A stretch of DNA of 62,794 nt, the filler included. It is 8 parts of 8 records of this genome, joined end to end, with 100 filler letters (N's around TTAATTAATTAA, not from the genome) between each part and the next. Parts side by side here need not be neighbours in the genome. Positions count along the whole stretch, not along the records: positions 31,410 to 41,314 come from SRR31147125_51758; positions 41,415 to 47,565 come from SRR31147125_51817; positions 47,666 to 57,488 come from SRR31147125_51880; 5 more parts are not named here. One strand, given 5' to 3'. The notes below the pieces were generated by a model that worked only from the letters and a program-made list of their open reading frames with translations, was not told the origin of the DNA and made no database searches. Each line of letters starts with the position of its first letter. Position 1 is the first letter of the stretch. The position numbers and the translations under genes are program-made. Shown in pieces: positions 40,133 to 50,393 of the stretch.

Positions 40133-41314
40133 ATGAGACGAATAAACATATTTTACTTTTTTCTGCTGTTGCTTCTGGGCTGCTCGTCACCTGAAAAAAA
40201 CAGCGAACCGACCCAACCCAATATCCTGTTTGTCTCAATCGACGATTTAAACGATTGGATAGCGCCACTTGGAGGCCATTCGCAAGCCATTACCCCAAAT
40301 TTGGATAAACTGTTTGAGCAAGGCGTTGCATTTTCAAATGCGCATTGTTCGCAAGCGGTTTGTACGGCATCGCGAAACTCGTTGTTAAGTGGTATTCATC
40401 CCACAACTTCGGGGTGGTATGCTTCAACAAAAGCTATGCGTACAAATTATTCCGAGTTCATGGAAAACCATGCCATGCTACCCGAGTATTTGAAAAATAA
40501 TGGTTACTCTACTTATGCTGCCGGAAAAGTTTTTCACGACGGGCGAACGGACTATCCGGATAAAACAGATGATTTCTGGACTGATTATGCCCCCGAATTT
40601 TGGGAAGACATGGAAGAGCATATCGAAAAAGCCGGTTTTGGTTACCGCGGGAAAATGTTTTATCCATTTACCAAAGATGGTGGCCAGTTGGTCCAGCTTT
40701 ATGGCGAAGAGAATGTTTTGGAAAATTATATGCCCGTAAATCGTTTTTACTCATTGTGTGGAGGTCCGCTTTCAGAAGATGAAATTCCGGAAGGTGGAAT
40801 GTATGATGAGCAAATTGCTGATTGGGCTATTAACCAGATTTCGAAAAAACAGGACAAACCATTTTTTATGGCCTGTGGTTTTATTCGTCCGCATGTGCCT
40901 TATACCGCACCTCAAAAGTATTTCGATTTGTATGACAAGGATGCTATTGTGGTTCCCGATATTCCGGAGAATGAATTTAGTGATATTCCGGTAATGGGAA
41001 AATCTATTGCCTTTGGGAGAACACCTTTGGGAGGATGGTACGATGTAAACCGTAAAAAGGAAATACTGCCAGAATTGGTACACTCGTATTTGGCTTGTGT
41101 ATCGTTTGTCGACGACCAGATTGGTAAAGTGCTTACTGCACTCGAAAACAGTCCGAATGCCAATAATACAATCATTGTATTGTGGTCGGACCACGGACAG
41201 CATTTAGGCGAAAAACGCCATTTTCGAAAACAGGCCTTGTGGGAGGAATCAACGCACGTTCCTTTATTTTTTAAGCTTCCGGGAATGAAACACGAGGGGG
41301 AAACCTGTGAAAAA
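40133..41314 (+). CDS. Formylglycine-dependent sulfatase (iduronate/choline sulfatase-like), 3' truncated
   Basis: PNILFVSIDDLN, CTASRNSLLSG (CxxxR), GKVFH, RPHVPY, WSDHG, KQALWEES; lipobox LLGC. Confidence 0.92.
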
Positions 41315-41414
41315 NNNNNNNNNNNNNNNNNNNNNNNNNNNNNNNNNNNNNNNNNNNNTTAATTAATTAANNNNNNNNNNNNNNNNNNNNNNNNNNNNNN
41401 NNNNNNNNNNNNNN
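41315..41414. other. Artificial contig linker
   Basis: 44 N + TTAATTAATTAA + 44 N. Confidence 0.98.
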
Positions 41415-43550
41415 CCCCGTGAGGTCCGATTGCCCTCCCGGGCGGTCTTCTACGAATCTTGTGGCTGCCCGAACAGGTGGATCCAACAGGATTTGAAGAG
41501 CGGGGATTCCGAGGTCTCCCTGGATCAGCTGCTGAAAATCCTTGAGAGCCGACACAGTCTCCTGGCTAGCGAGATTACTGATTCCGGCAATTTCCTGGGA
41601 ATTATCAATACCCGGGATCAGGCGGATGACATTATCACCAGTCTCATCCACAGTCTGGAAGCGAAATCGACCGCTGCCATTCAAGACGCTGTTCTTCGCA
41701 TCGTTGAGATGAATCGCCATCTGCACCTGGATCTTTTTCAGTGGCAGGCTCTTTTTTCGTTCTTCCGGCGGCATATTTATGATATCACCAATGCCCCCGA
41801 TGTCCTGCTCAGCATTGAAGATGTACTGAGGGGAGCTGTGGGCTTTATTCTCGATCTTCGTATCCGTAATGAGTCGATGCTTCAGATGGAGTCCATTCTT
41901 CGTGCTGAAGGACTTCAGAATGTCGACCATGCCCTGACGACGGCACTAGACTATCGGTCGATTGTCGAGGCACTCAGAGTACAGTTGCCTTTGCTCAATA
42001 TTCCATCTTTCTATCTTGTGGTATTTGAAATGCCCCCTGAGGCTAATACCTCCGGCGGTTTCGTGGACTATTCCCGGCTGCTGCTGGCCTACACTCCCAG
42101 GGGCCGGCAGAAGGTTCCACCGGATGGAATTCGCTTTCCAACAAAGCGTGTATTGCCCCGGGGACTCCCATCGGCGAAACGGGATGCGGATTATCTCTTC
42201 CGGTCTCTGTCCTTCGGTGACGAAAAAATCGGATATATGGTCTTTGAGCTGGGACCGACCGACGGGGCAACCTACGATGCGATTGCGCTCAGACTCTCAG
42301 CCGCACTTAAAAACTCGTCTCTGGCAGACAGGTTGAGAGAGAAGACCAGAGATCTGGTACGGGTCAATGAGGAACTCGCCGTCCAGCAGGATCTACTGGA
42401 TACGTTCATCGAAAGTGTGCCGGATCTCATTTATTTCACCGATATCGACGGACATATCACCAAAGCCAACTCGGCACTGCTTCGGTGGTTCGGATTCTCC
42501 ACCCAGTCCGAGGTTCTCGGTGAACGGGCAAGCTTCATTTTTCCGTTTGAAATGAGTGCTGGCATGAAGCGATCCGAACTTGACATCCTCTCCTCCGGAA
42601 GTTCATCTCTGAACGTGGAGGAGCAGGTACGAAACAATACAGGTGACCAGCGGTGGCTGTTGACCACAAAAATGCCGCTGTACTCTGGAAACGGTGTCAT
42701 CAAGGGACTCTTTTCCATATCCCGGGATGTTACCGATCTGAAAGAGACCAATGCCAACCTGGAAACAACAATACAGGAGCTGACCAACATGCAGCGGCAG
42801 CTGGTTGAAGCCGAGAAGATGGCTGCATTGGGAGAGCTGGTCGCCGGCGTTGCCCATGAGATCAACTCACCGCTGGGAATTGCCGTTACGGCGGCATCAG
42901 CCGTAGCTGATTATGTCGACGAAATGCGCCTTGAGTACTCCGACACCGAGAATCACAGAATGCAGGATTCTCGCTTCGATGATGTTCAGGACATGTCAAA
43001 GATTGTCTTGTCCAATCTTCGGAGAGCAGCGGATCTGGTTCGGAGTTTCAAAATGGTCGCAGTGGATCAACAGTATGAAGAGCCTCGGAATATCCTGCTG
43101 GGTGAGTATGTACGAAACATTATCGATAGCCTTGAGCCTCAGATTAAAAAAGGGCATCATCGTATCGAGATCGACTGTCCGGCCGATATCAGGATTTTTA
43201 CCTACCCGGGATTGATCGGTCAGATTCTGACAAATCTGGTGATGAACTCGGTCGTCCACGGTTTTGAGGGCAGGCGGGAAGGCGACATCCATATCAGGAT
43301 CCTTCAGTTCGACAACATGATTCATCTCGAATACAAGGACAACGGACGAGGAATGGATGATGTGACCCTCGCTAAGGTTTTCAATCCGTTTTTCACCACG
43401 AAAAGGGGGCAGGGCGGATCAGGTCTGGGCATGCATATCGTCTATAACCTACTGACCCAGAAACTCGGCGGCTCTATCAGCGTTCAAAGCGCTGTCGATG
43501 ACGGCACAGTCTTCGATATTCGTTTTCCTGATACCACTCTCCAGAGTTGA
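41415..43550 (+). CDS. PAS-domain sensor histidine kinase, 5' truncated
   Basis: ESCGC end of a LacI-type ligand-binding domain, PAS (VPDLIYFTD...SRDVTD), H-box VAHEINSPL, NSVVHGF, DNGRG, PFFTTK, GSGLG. Confidence 0.9.
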   Translation, partial: PREVRLPSRAVFYESCGCPNRWIQQDLKSGDSEVSLDQLLKILESRHSLLASEITDSGNFLGIINTRDQADDIITSLIHSLEAKSTAAIQDAVLRIVEMNRHLHLDLFQWQALFSFFRRHIYDITNAPDVLLSIEDVLRGAVGFILDLRIRNESMLQMESILRAEGLQNVDHALTTALDYRSIVEALRVQLPLLNIPSFYLVVFEMPPEANTSGGFVDYSRLLLAYTPRGRQKVPPDGIRFPTKRVLPRGLPSAKRDADYLFRSLSFGDEKIGYMVFELGPTDGATYDAIALRLSAALKNSSLADRLREKTRDLVRVNEELAVQQDLLDTFIESVPDLIYFTDIDGHITKANSALLRWFGFSTQSEVLGERASFIFPFEMSAGMKRSELDILSSGSSSLNVEEQVRNNTGDQRWLLTTKMPLYSGNGVIKGLFSISRDVTDLKETNANLETTIQELTNMQRQLVEAEKMAALGELVAGVAHEINSPLGIAVTAASAVADYVDEMRLEYSDTENHRMQDSRFDDVQDMSKIVLSNLRRAADLVRSFKMVAVDQQYEEPRNILLGEYVRNIIDSLEPQIKKGHHRIEIDCPADIRIFTYPGLIGQILTNLVMNSVVHGFEGRREGDIHIRILQFDNMIHLEYKDNGRGMDDVTLAKVFNPFFTTKRGQGGSGLGMHIVYNLLTQKLGGSISVQSAVDDGTVFDIRFPDTTLQS

Positions 43551-43590
43551 TCGGTCGACAACGGTAGAGACACTTCCCGCGGTCCTGCTG

Positions 43591-44541
43591 TTACCATCCC
43601 AGCCGATAGGGCGGCAGCCGGTCCCTTTTTGCTGTCCGGTAGAACTCACGGACTTTATCGATGAAAAAACGCTGACTGGAGGATAGCAGGTAGCTTTTGC
43701 GATAAGCCGCATACAGATTGCGATGCTGTCGGGGTTCGAGGTGAAGGATTCTCATCTTTGATAGAATGGCCTTTGTCGGCAGTGGTACCAGGCTGACACC
43801 GATTCCCTCTTCAATAGCGGCGATGTGGGCATTGGTGGATGATGTCTCCAGCAGGATGTTTTCAGGGAAGAAACCGGCTCTCTCCATAATGGCATCGGTG
43901 AGGTTCCGCAGCATCGAATCCTGATTGGTCATCAGCCAGTTATCACCGCTGAATATTTTCAGGTCGGAAAGACTGATGCTACCTCTTCCTGTATCATCGG
44001 TCAGATGGGCCATAGGGTGGTTGAGGGGATAGGCAAAGACGATTTCCTCCTTGTCCAGGAGTTCCAGACAGACCGACTGATGCTCCTCCTGCAGCGGCGT
44101 CAGCACTGCGATATCCACGGACCCGTCCAGAACGTGGTCCAGCAATGTGTTCAGGTATGCCTCTTTCAGCTCCACATGAACGTTCGGGTAGGCCTTGTAG
44201 AATACCGGAAATACATTGGCCAGCATGGCCAGTCCCCGCTTGGGTGAACAACCGAAAACGAAGTTGCCGCGATTGGCATGCTGGACGTCCTCGAGTTCCC
44301 TGTAGGCTTCGTCTTTTATCTGCAATATACGACGGGCCGCATCCACATAGATACGTCCGCCGGCTGTCAGCTGGAACGTGCGGCTGTTGATCTTCTCGAA
44401 TATCGGGATGCCCAGTTCGTTCTCGAGCTTTCTGATGGTCTGGCTGAGAGCGGAAGATGTCACGAACAGTTTCTCTGCTGCTCGTGCCAAGCCTTTCTCA
44501 TCAGCGATGGTAACGATGTATTTGAGTTGGGTCAGGTCCAT
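43591..44541 (-). CDS. LysR family transcriptional regulator
   Basis: N-terminal HTH AAEKLFVTSSALSQTIRKLENELG plus substrate-binding domain; divergent from tctCBA. Confidence 0.93.
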   Translation of the reverse strand: MDLTQLKYIVTIADEKGLARAAEKLFVTSSALSQTIRKLENELGIPIFEKINSRTFQLTAGGRIYVDAARRILQIKDEAYRELEDVQHANRGNFVFGCSPKRGLAMLANVFPVFYKAYPNVHVELKEAYLNTLLDHVLDGSVDIAVLTPLQEEHQSVCLELLDKEEIVFAYPLNHPMAHLTDDTGRGSISLSDLKIFSGDNWLMTNQDSMLRNLTDAIMERAGFFPENILLETSSTNAHIAAIEEGIGVSLVPLPTKAILSKMRILHLEPRQHRNLYAAYRKSYLLSSSQRFFIDKVREFYRTAKRDRLPPYRLGW

Positions 44542-44556
44542 ATCTACTTCTTTGAG

Positions 44557-44571
44557 TTAAGTGTAGCTTAA
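44557..44571. promoter_or_regulatory. Candidate LysR recognition box
   Basis: Dyad TTAAG-TGTAG-CTTAA containing T-N11-A, just upstream of the LysR start. Confidence 0.5.
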
Positions 44572-44690
44572 CGAAAAGGTAAAACAATTAACTTTACTTC
44601 TTGTTATCGCGGATTGATAATCTGCGTTAGCAATGGGTTCTGTTTTCGGATCCAAACGCCAATGAATCATACTATCTGGAGGTAGTTTTT

Positions 44691-45692
44691 ATGAAGATGA
44701 TGAAGGGATTTCTTCTTATGCTTGTGTGCCTGACCGTTGCCGCCGGCGCGGTTTTCGCCAATGGCTCCGCTGAGGGAAGTGATACTCCTGAAGCAGCAGA
44801 AGCTGCTGTATGGCCTGCGGGTCCCATCAACCTGATTGTCACTTCCCGGGCCGGTGGATTTGCTGACTTCCACACCCGGGTCCTCGGTGACTACATACAG
44901 GAGACCACCGGTACTCCCGTTGCTGTTCTCAACGCCACAGAAGGTGGCGGTTCCGTCGGATCGGATACGGTCGCTAAAGCGGATCCGGATGGACTCACCC
45001 TCCTCTATATGCATACGTCTTTCCCGATTTCCTGCTACACCGGCCGGACGGACCTAGATCCTGTGTCTGATTTCACTTCGATCCGATCGGTAGTGAACGC
45101 CGGTAACAATGCCCTGGTGGTTCGCGCCGATGCTCCCTGGGACAATCTGGAAGAACTGGTTGAGGACGCAAGGAAACGGCCGGATGAAATCGTCTGGGGT
45201 GCCATGGCCGGAGCCACATCCCATTTCATGCTTGCCATGCTTGAGCAGGAAGCTGGAGTCGACTTCAAGATGGTTGATGCCGGATCCGAATCCGAGAAAA
45301 TCACTATGCTTCTCGGTGGCCACCTGGATGTCTGCAACATCAGCATGAGGAATCTGGATCAGTACGTGAAAGCCGGACAGATGAAGAATATGGGCGTCAT
45401 GGGATCCGAGCGGGACTTCGCATTCCCCGAATACAGTACCACTGGTGAGCAGGGCTACGATGTGGTCTGGAACGGCGAGTTCATGCTCTGGGGACCAGCC
45501 GGCATGCCTGATGAAATGGTTGCCCAGATTAATGACGTACTCGAAGGCTATGGAACCACCGACCAGAAGTCCGCTGATGCCATCGCTGGTCACGGCGGCT
45601 GGGTTGTGGAACGGACAGCCGAAGAGTCCATCGCCTTCATGTACGACACCTATGAGGAATTCGAGGCCCTGGCGAAAGAACTCGGCTTCTAG
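44691..45692 (+). CDS. tctC: Tripartite tricarboxylate transporter substrate-binding protein
   Basis: WPAGPINLIV..AGG..D..TR, ADPDGLTLL, LLGGHLD; spirochaete-style signal (VFANGSAEG). Confidence 0.88.
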   Translation: MKMMKGFLLMLVCLTVAAGAVFANGSAEGSDTPEAAEAAVWPAGPINLIVTSRAGGFADFHTRVLGDYIQETTGTPVAVLNATEGGGSVGSDTVAKADPDGLTLLYMHTSFPISCYTGRTDLDPVSDFTSIRSVVNAGNNALVVRADAPWDNLEELVEDARKRPDEIVWGAMAGATSHFMLAMLEQEAGVDFKMVDAGSESEKITMLLGGHLDVCNISMRNLDQYVKAGQMKNMGVMGSERDFAFPEYSTTGEQGYDVVWNGEFMLWGPAGMPDEMVAQINDVLEGYGTTDQKSADAIAGHGGWVVERTAEESIAFMYDTYEEFEALAKELGF

Positions 45693-45811
45693 TTCCGACA
45701 GGGTCGGCCGATTACGCTACAGAAGTCTGTCCGGCCCTTCGAATAAAGGATGTTCCGCCCACCAGTCCGGAGGGCGGGACTCACTCTGAATCTGTTACAA
45801 GAGGTGAGGTT

Positions 45812-46276
45812 TTGAACAAAAACAGAATCATCGGCATCATCCTGGCGGTCGTCGCTGTTTTGTTTCTCATCATGACCAGTCTATTGCCTGACTCCCAGTA
45901 CTCGACCGCCGTCGGCCCCGATGTGTTTCCGTACATCGCCGCCGTGGGCCTTCTGCTCTGCGCCATCGGTATCTTCTTCAAGAAGGTGCCCGAAAGCGAA
46001 CAGAAACCGTTCCTGGACAAGGCCGGTTGGTTCCGGGTACTCAAGCTCGTCGTTTTACTTGCGATGTATCCGGTCATGTTCATTTTTCTGGGGTTCATCG
46101 TTGCATCCCTTATTGCGCTCTTTCTGATGATCACCATGTTCGATCTGGAGAAAGAAGAGCCGGTCTGGAAGAAGCTGCTCGTCACCGGTATCACAACCGC
46201 GGCGCTGTACGCTCTGTTCGTCTTTGTCATCAACATTCGATTGCCGGCAGGCAAGCTTTTCGAACTGCTGAGGTAA
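45812..46276 (+). CDS. tctB: Tripartite tricarboxylate transporter small subunit
   Basis: Four TM helices, VGPDVFP and FVINIRLPAG motifs. Confidence 0.88.
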   Translation: MNKNRIIGIILAVVAVLFLIMTSLLPDSQYSTAVGPDVFPYIAAVGLLLCAIGIFFKKVPESEQKPFLDKAGWFRVLKLVVLLAMYPVMFIFLGFIVASLIALFLMITMFDLEKEEPVWKKLLVTGITTAALYALFVFVINIRLPAGKLFELLR

Positions 46277-46283
46277 TGGGAAT

Positions 46284-47565
46284 ATGGAATACTTGTCTTA
46301 TGTAGCCGGATCACTGTTCTCGCCGATGACGTTTCTCCTCATCCTCGGGGGAACGATCCTCGGTATCATCTTCGGCGCCATTCCCGGCCTGGCCGGTGCG
46401 GTGGCCATCGTTCTTCTGCTCCCGTTCACCTATGCGATGGATGCCGAGCCGGCCATCGCGTTGCTGATTGCCATTTATGTCGGCGGTATCTCCGGTGGAT
46501 TCATTTCATCCACACTCATAGGGATTCCAGGCGCGCCGGCTGCCGTACCCACGACTTTCGAGGCCTATCCGCTGGCAAAGAAAGGTTTTGCGGTGAAGGC
46601 CCTCGGTATCTGCATCGTCACGTCCTTTCTCGCCACGTTCCTGTCCGGATTGGTGGCCATGTTCCTCAGTCCCGTTATCGCCTCGGTGGCAGTGAAACTG
46701 GGCCCCTGGGAGCTTTTCGGCCTGTGTTTCCTGGCAATATCCCTCATCGCATCCCTGTCGGAAGGCAATATCCTGAAAGGTCTATCCTCAGCGGCACTGG
46801 GCTTCCTGATCGGCAGTATCGGCGCCGCTCCCATCGACGGGACGCCCCGGTTCATTTTCGGAACGATGAGGCTCTACGGCGGAGTTCCCCTGGCGGCGAC
46901 TATGATCGGATTCTTTGCCGTCAGACAGGTTCTGGTGGATATCGGCAAGGGCGATACAAAGCTTCCGGAAGTGAAGGAAACGAAAATCCGTGGCCTCGGT
47001 TTTACCCTCAAGAGATTCACGAGCAATACGTGGACAATGATCCGCTCCTTCTTCATCGGCCTGGGAATCGGATTCCTACCCGGAATGGGAGCCGGCATTT
47101 CCGCGGTTGTTTCCTATGCGAAGGCCAAGGGCGCCTCGAAACATCCGGAGGAATACGGAAACGGGACCATTGAAGGACTTTTCGCTACTGAAACGGCCAA
47201 CAATGCCACGGTCGGCGGCGCGGTCATCCCCATGATGTCCCTGGGTATTCCAGGTGATACAACCACGGCGCTGCTGCTGGGCGCCCTGACGATACAAGGC
47301 ATGACCCCTGGGCCTTTATTGATGGTGAGCAGTCCCCACTTCGCCTACGTGATGTTCGGTGCACTGCTCCTGGCGGCTGTGCTCACCCTGCTGGTTCAGT
47401 TCTTTGGTATGAGGCTGTTCCCGAAACTGCTGTCCATCAAGTTCCACTACCTGCTGCCGGTGATCATGCTCATCTGTTTTGTCGGCGCATACTCGGAAAC
47501 CTACAGCGTTTTCACCATCGTTCTGCTGCTTATCTGCGGGCTCATCGCCTTTCTGCTGGCCTGGG
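46284..47565 (+). CDS. tctA: Tripartite tricarboxylate transporter large permease, 3' truncated
   Basis: GIIFGAIPGL, IGIPGAPAA, ETANNA, LGIPGD, PGPLL. Confidence 0.92.
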
Positions 47566-47665
47566 NNNNNNNNNNNNNNNNNNNNNNNNNNNNNNNNNNN
47601 NNNNNNNNNTTAATTAATTAANNNNNNNNNNNNNNNNNNNNNNNNNNNNNNNNNNNNNNNNNNNN
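47566..47665. other. Artificial contig linker
   Basis: 44 N + TTAATTAATTAA + 44 N. Confidence 0.98.
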
Positions 47666-47666
47666 T

Positions 47667-50264
47667 GAGGGGATCGGCACGCCGCAGCATCTGCATCCGC
47701 TGCAGCAGGCATGGATCACATACGGCGGCGTTCAGTGCGGCTTCTGTACGCCGGGCTTCATCGTCTCATCCTATGCGCTTTTAAAGCAAAACCCCTCGCC
47801 GACCCGCGAGGAGGTCCGCGCGTGGTTTAAAAAGCACCGCAACATCTGCCGCTGCACGGGGTACAAGCCCTTGGTCGATTCGGTTATGGCCGCGGCGAAA
47901 GTTATGCGCGGCGAAGCGACAATGGCGGACATCACCTTCGATGCCGACAGCGAAAAGGATATTTACGGCTCGTACCGCCCGCGTCCGTCGGCGCTCGGCA
48001 AGGTCACAGGCCTTACCGATTACGGCGATGACCTCAAGCTGAAAATGCCCGAGGGTACGGCGTATCTGGCCGTTGTCATTTCAGAAGTGGCGCACGCCAA
48101 TATTATCAGCATCGACACGGAAGAAGCCGAAGCGATGCCCGGTGTTATCAAGGTCTTAACGGCCAAGGACGTCAAGGGCACCAACAATCTCGACGGCCCC
48201 CCGCTGGTTCCGCGTGTCAAGGGCCGCGGCGTCACCATCTTCCCCGTCATCGCCGGCAAAAAGATCAATAAACGCGGCGACATCGTCGCGGTCGTCGCGG
48301 CGGACTCCGAGGAGCATGCCCGCGCCGCGGCTAAAAAGGTCAAGCAGAACCTTGAGGTCCTGCCTGCCTATATGACGTTCCCGGAAGCGGCTATGCCCGA
48401 TGCCATCCCGCTCCACGAGGACCTTCCCAACTTTTATATGGAGCAGCCCGTTTACAAGGGCCAGGATACGTCCGAGATTTTCGAAACAGCCGAATTTGTG
48501 GCCGAGGGCAGCTTCCACTCCCAGCACGAGCCGCATCTCCCACTGGAGCCCGACGTTGTTCAGGGCTATATCGGCGCGGACGGCATGCTCACCATTCAGT
48601 GTAAATCGCAGGCCATCGGCGAGGCCCGTGAAGCGCTTGCAGCAGCCTGCGGCATCCCCATGGAAGAGCTGCGCGTTATAATGAATCCCGTCGGCGGCTC
48701 CTTCGGATATTCCGTCAGCACGAATACGTTCGCGGTCGTGGCCACCGCCGTGCAGAATCTTGAGATGCCCTGCACGATGACCCTCACCTATGAAGAGTTC
48801 AACCACGTAACCGGCAAGCGCTCGGCCTCCTTTGCAAACGGCCGGATCGCCTGCGACAAGGACGGCATGATAACAGCCGCCGAATATGACATCGGCCTGG
48901 ATCACGGCGCGTACGGCACGATGGGCAACAAAATTTTCAACAATCTCGTTTCCGTCGGCTTCCACGGTTATAATGTTCCGAATTTCAAGGCACTGGGCCG
49001 CGGCGCATCTACAAACCAGGCATTCTGCGCCGCTTACCGCGGCTTCGGCGCACCGCAGGTGTATACGACAACCGAAGCGCTTATCGATTTAATAGCACAG
49101 AAAGCCGGCATTGACCCCTGGGAGTTCCGCTATAAAAACGCGGCCCGGCCCGGCGATCTGACGATCAATAACCGTCCGTACCACGAATATGTTTATCCGG
49201 ATCTTTTAGAGAAAGCCAAGCCGTTTTACGATCAGTACAAGGCAGAGGCCGAAGCGGCCAAAAAAGACGGCCGTTACGTCGGCGTCGGCCTGAGCATGGG
49301 TGGCTTCCTTGTCACCATCGGCATGTTCGACCAGGCCGAGATCGCGCTGGAGCTCAACCCCGACGGCACGTTCACCCATTACAACACGTGGGAAGACGTT
49401 GGCCAGGGCGGCGACATCGGCGCGCTGACACACGCCGTTAAGGCGCTTGAGCCGCTCGGCATTAAGGCCGAACAGGTGAGGCTCGTCATGAACGACAGTA
49501 AAACGTGCCCCGATACGGGCGTGGCAGCGGCCAGTCGCAGCCACTATATGGCCGGCAACGCCACGATCGATGCGGCCAACAAGCTGATGGACGCCATGCG
49601 CAAGGACGACGGCACCTACCGCACGTACGAGGAAATGACGGCGGAGGGTATCCCGACGAAATATATCGGCCATTACGACCAGTTTAGCATCGGGCTGCCG
49701 CCCGGACTGGATCCCAATTCCGGCGAGGGCGAGAAGAACCCGGCCTATATGTACTGCGTCAACGTCGCGCTCGTCGAGGTTGACGTAGCAACCGGCAAGG
49801 CCCAGGTTCTCCGGTACGCCTGCGTGTCCGACGTCGGCGTTATCGGCAACCGCCTTTCTGTCGAAGGCCAGGCCTACGGCGGGCTGTCTCACAGCATCGG
49901 CTTTGCGCTCAGCGAGGATTACCAGGCAGAGAAAAAGAACGGAAACATGGTTGGCTGCGGCATCCCGACAATCGACATGATTCCGGACGATATCAGCCTC
50001 GTCTTTGTTGAAACGCCGCGTCCGTTTGGGCCGCACGGCTCCTGCGGCTGCTCGGAGTGCTACCAGTCCTCCAATCATATGGCTGTTATAAACGCCATCG
50101 ACAGCGCCTGCGGCGCGCGCGTCTACGACCTGCCCGCAACCCCCGACAAGATCAAGGCTGCCTATGAGGCCCGCCAGCGCGGCGAGGACCTTACGCCGCC
50201 GAAATATTACCTTGGCAACGATTTTGAGGAGGAGCTTGAGCTCATTAAAGCAAACCCCATGTAA
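47667..50264 (+). CDS. mop: Molybdopterin-dependent aldehyde oxidoreductase (Desulfovibrio Mop type, xanthine oxidase family), 5' truncated
   Basis: The frame extends upstream of the track start to LHPLQQAW...QCGFCTPG...RNICRCTGY (2Fe-2S); VGGSFG, YRGFGAPQ, WEDVGQG, SRS, EGQAYGG. Confidence 0.92.
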   Translation, partial: EGIGTPQHLHPLQQAWITYGGVQCGFCTPGFIVSSYALLKQNPSPTREEVRAWFKKHRNICRCTGYKPLVDSVMAAAKVMRGEATMADITFDADSEKDIYGSYRPRPSALGKVTGLTDYGDDLKLKMPEGTAYLAVVISEVAHANIISIDTEEAEAMPGVIKVLTAKDVKGTNNLDGPPLVPRVKGRGVTIFPVIAGKKINKRGDIVAVVAADSEEHARAAAKKVKQNLEVLPAYMTFPEAAMPDAIPLHEDLPNFYMEQPVYKGQDTSEIFETAEFVAEGSFHSQHEPHLPLEPDVVQGYIGADGMLTIQCKSQAIGEAREALAAACGIPMEELRVIMNPVGGSFGYSVSTNTFAVVATAVQNLEMPCTMTLTYEEFNHVTGKRSASFANGRIACDKDGMITAAEYDIGLDHGAYGTMGNKIFNNLVSVGFHGYNVPNFKALGRGASTNQAFCAAYRGFGAPQVYTTTEALIDLIAQKAGIDPWEFRYKNAARPGDLTINNRPYHEYVYPDLLEKAKPFYDQYKAEAEAAKKDGRYVGVGLSMGGFLVTIGMFDQAEIALELNPDGTFTHYNTWEDVGQGGDIGALTHAVKALEPLGIKAEQVRLVMNDSKTCPDTGVAAASRSHYMAGNATIDAANKLMDAMRKDDGTYRTYEEMTAEGIPTKYIGHYDQFSIGLPPGLDPNSGEGEKNPAYMYCVNVALVEVDVATGKAQVLRYACVSDVGVIGNRLSVEGQAYGGLSHSIGFALSEDYQAEKKNGNMVGCGIPTIDMIPDDISLVFVETPRPFGPHGSCGCSECYQSSNHMAVINAIDSACGARVYDLPATPDKIKAAYEARQRGEDLTPPKYYLGNDFEEELELIKANPM

Positions 50265-50393
50265 AAACTGCTCCACTTAAGCTGCGCCTATTCTAAATTT
50301 AAGTTTCCCCGGCTCATTGGCCGGCGGAATAAAACAACCATCAAGGGGCGCGTCAACATGGCGCGCCCTGTCGGCCTAATAGGACTGATTAAA

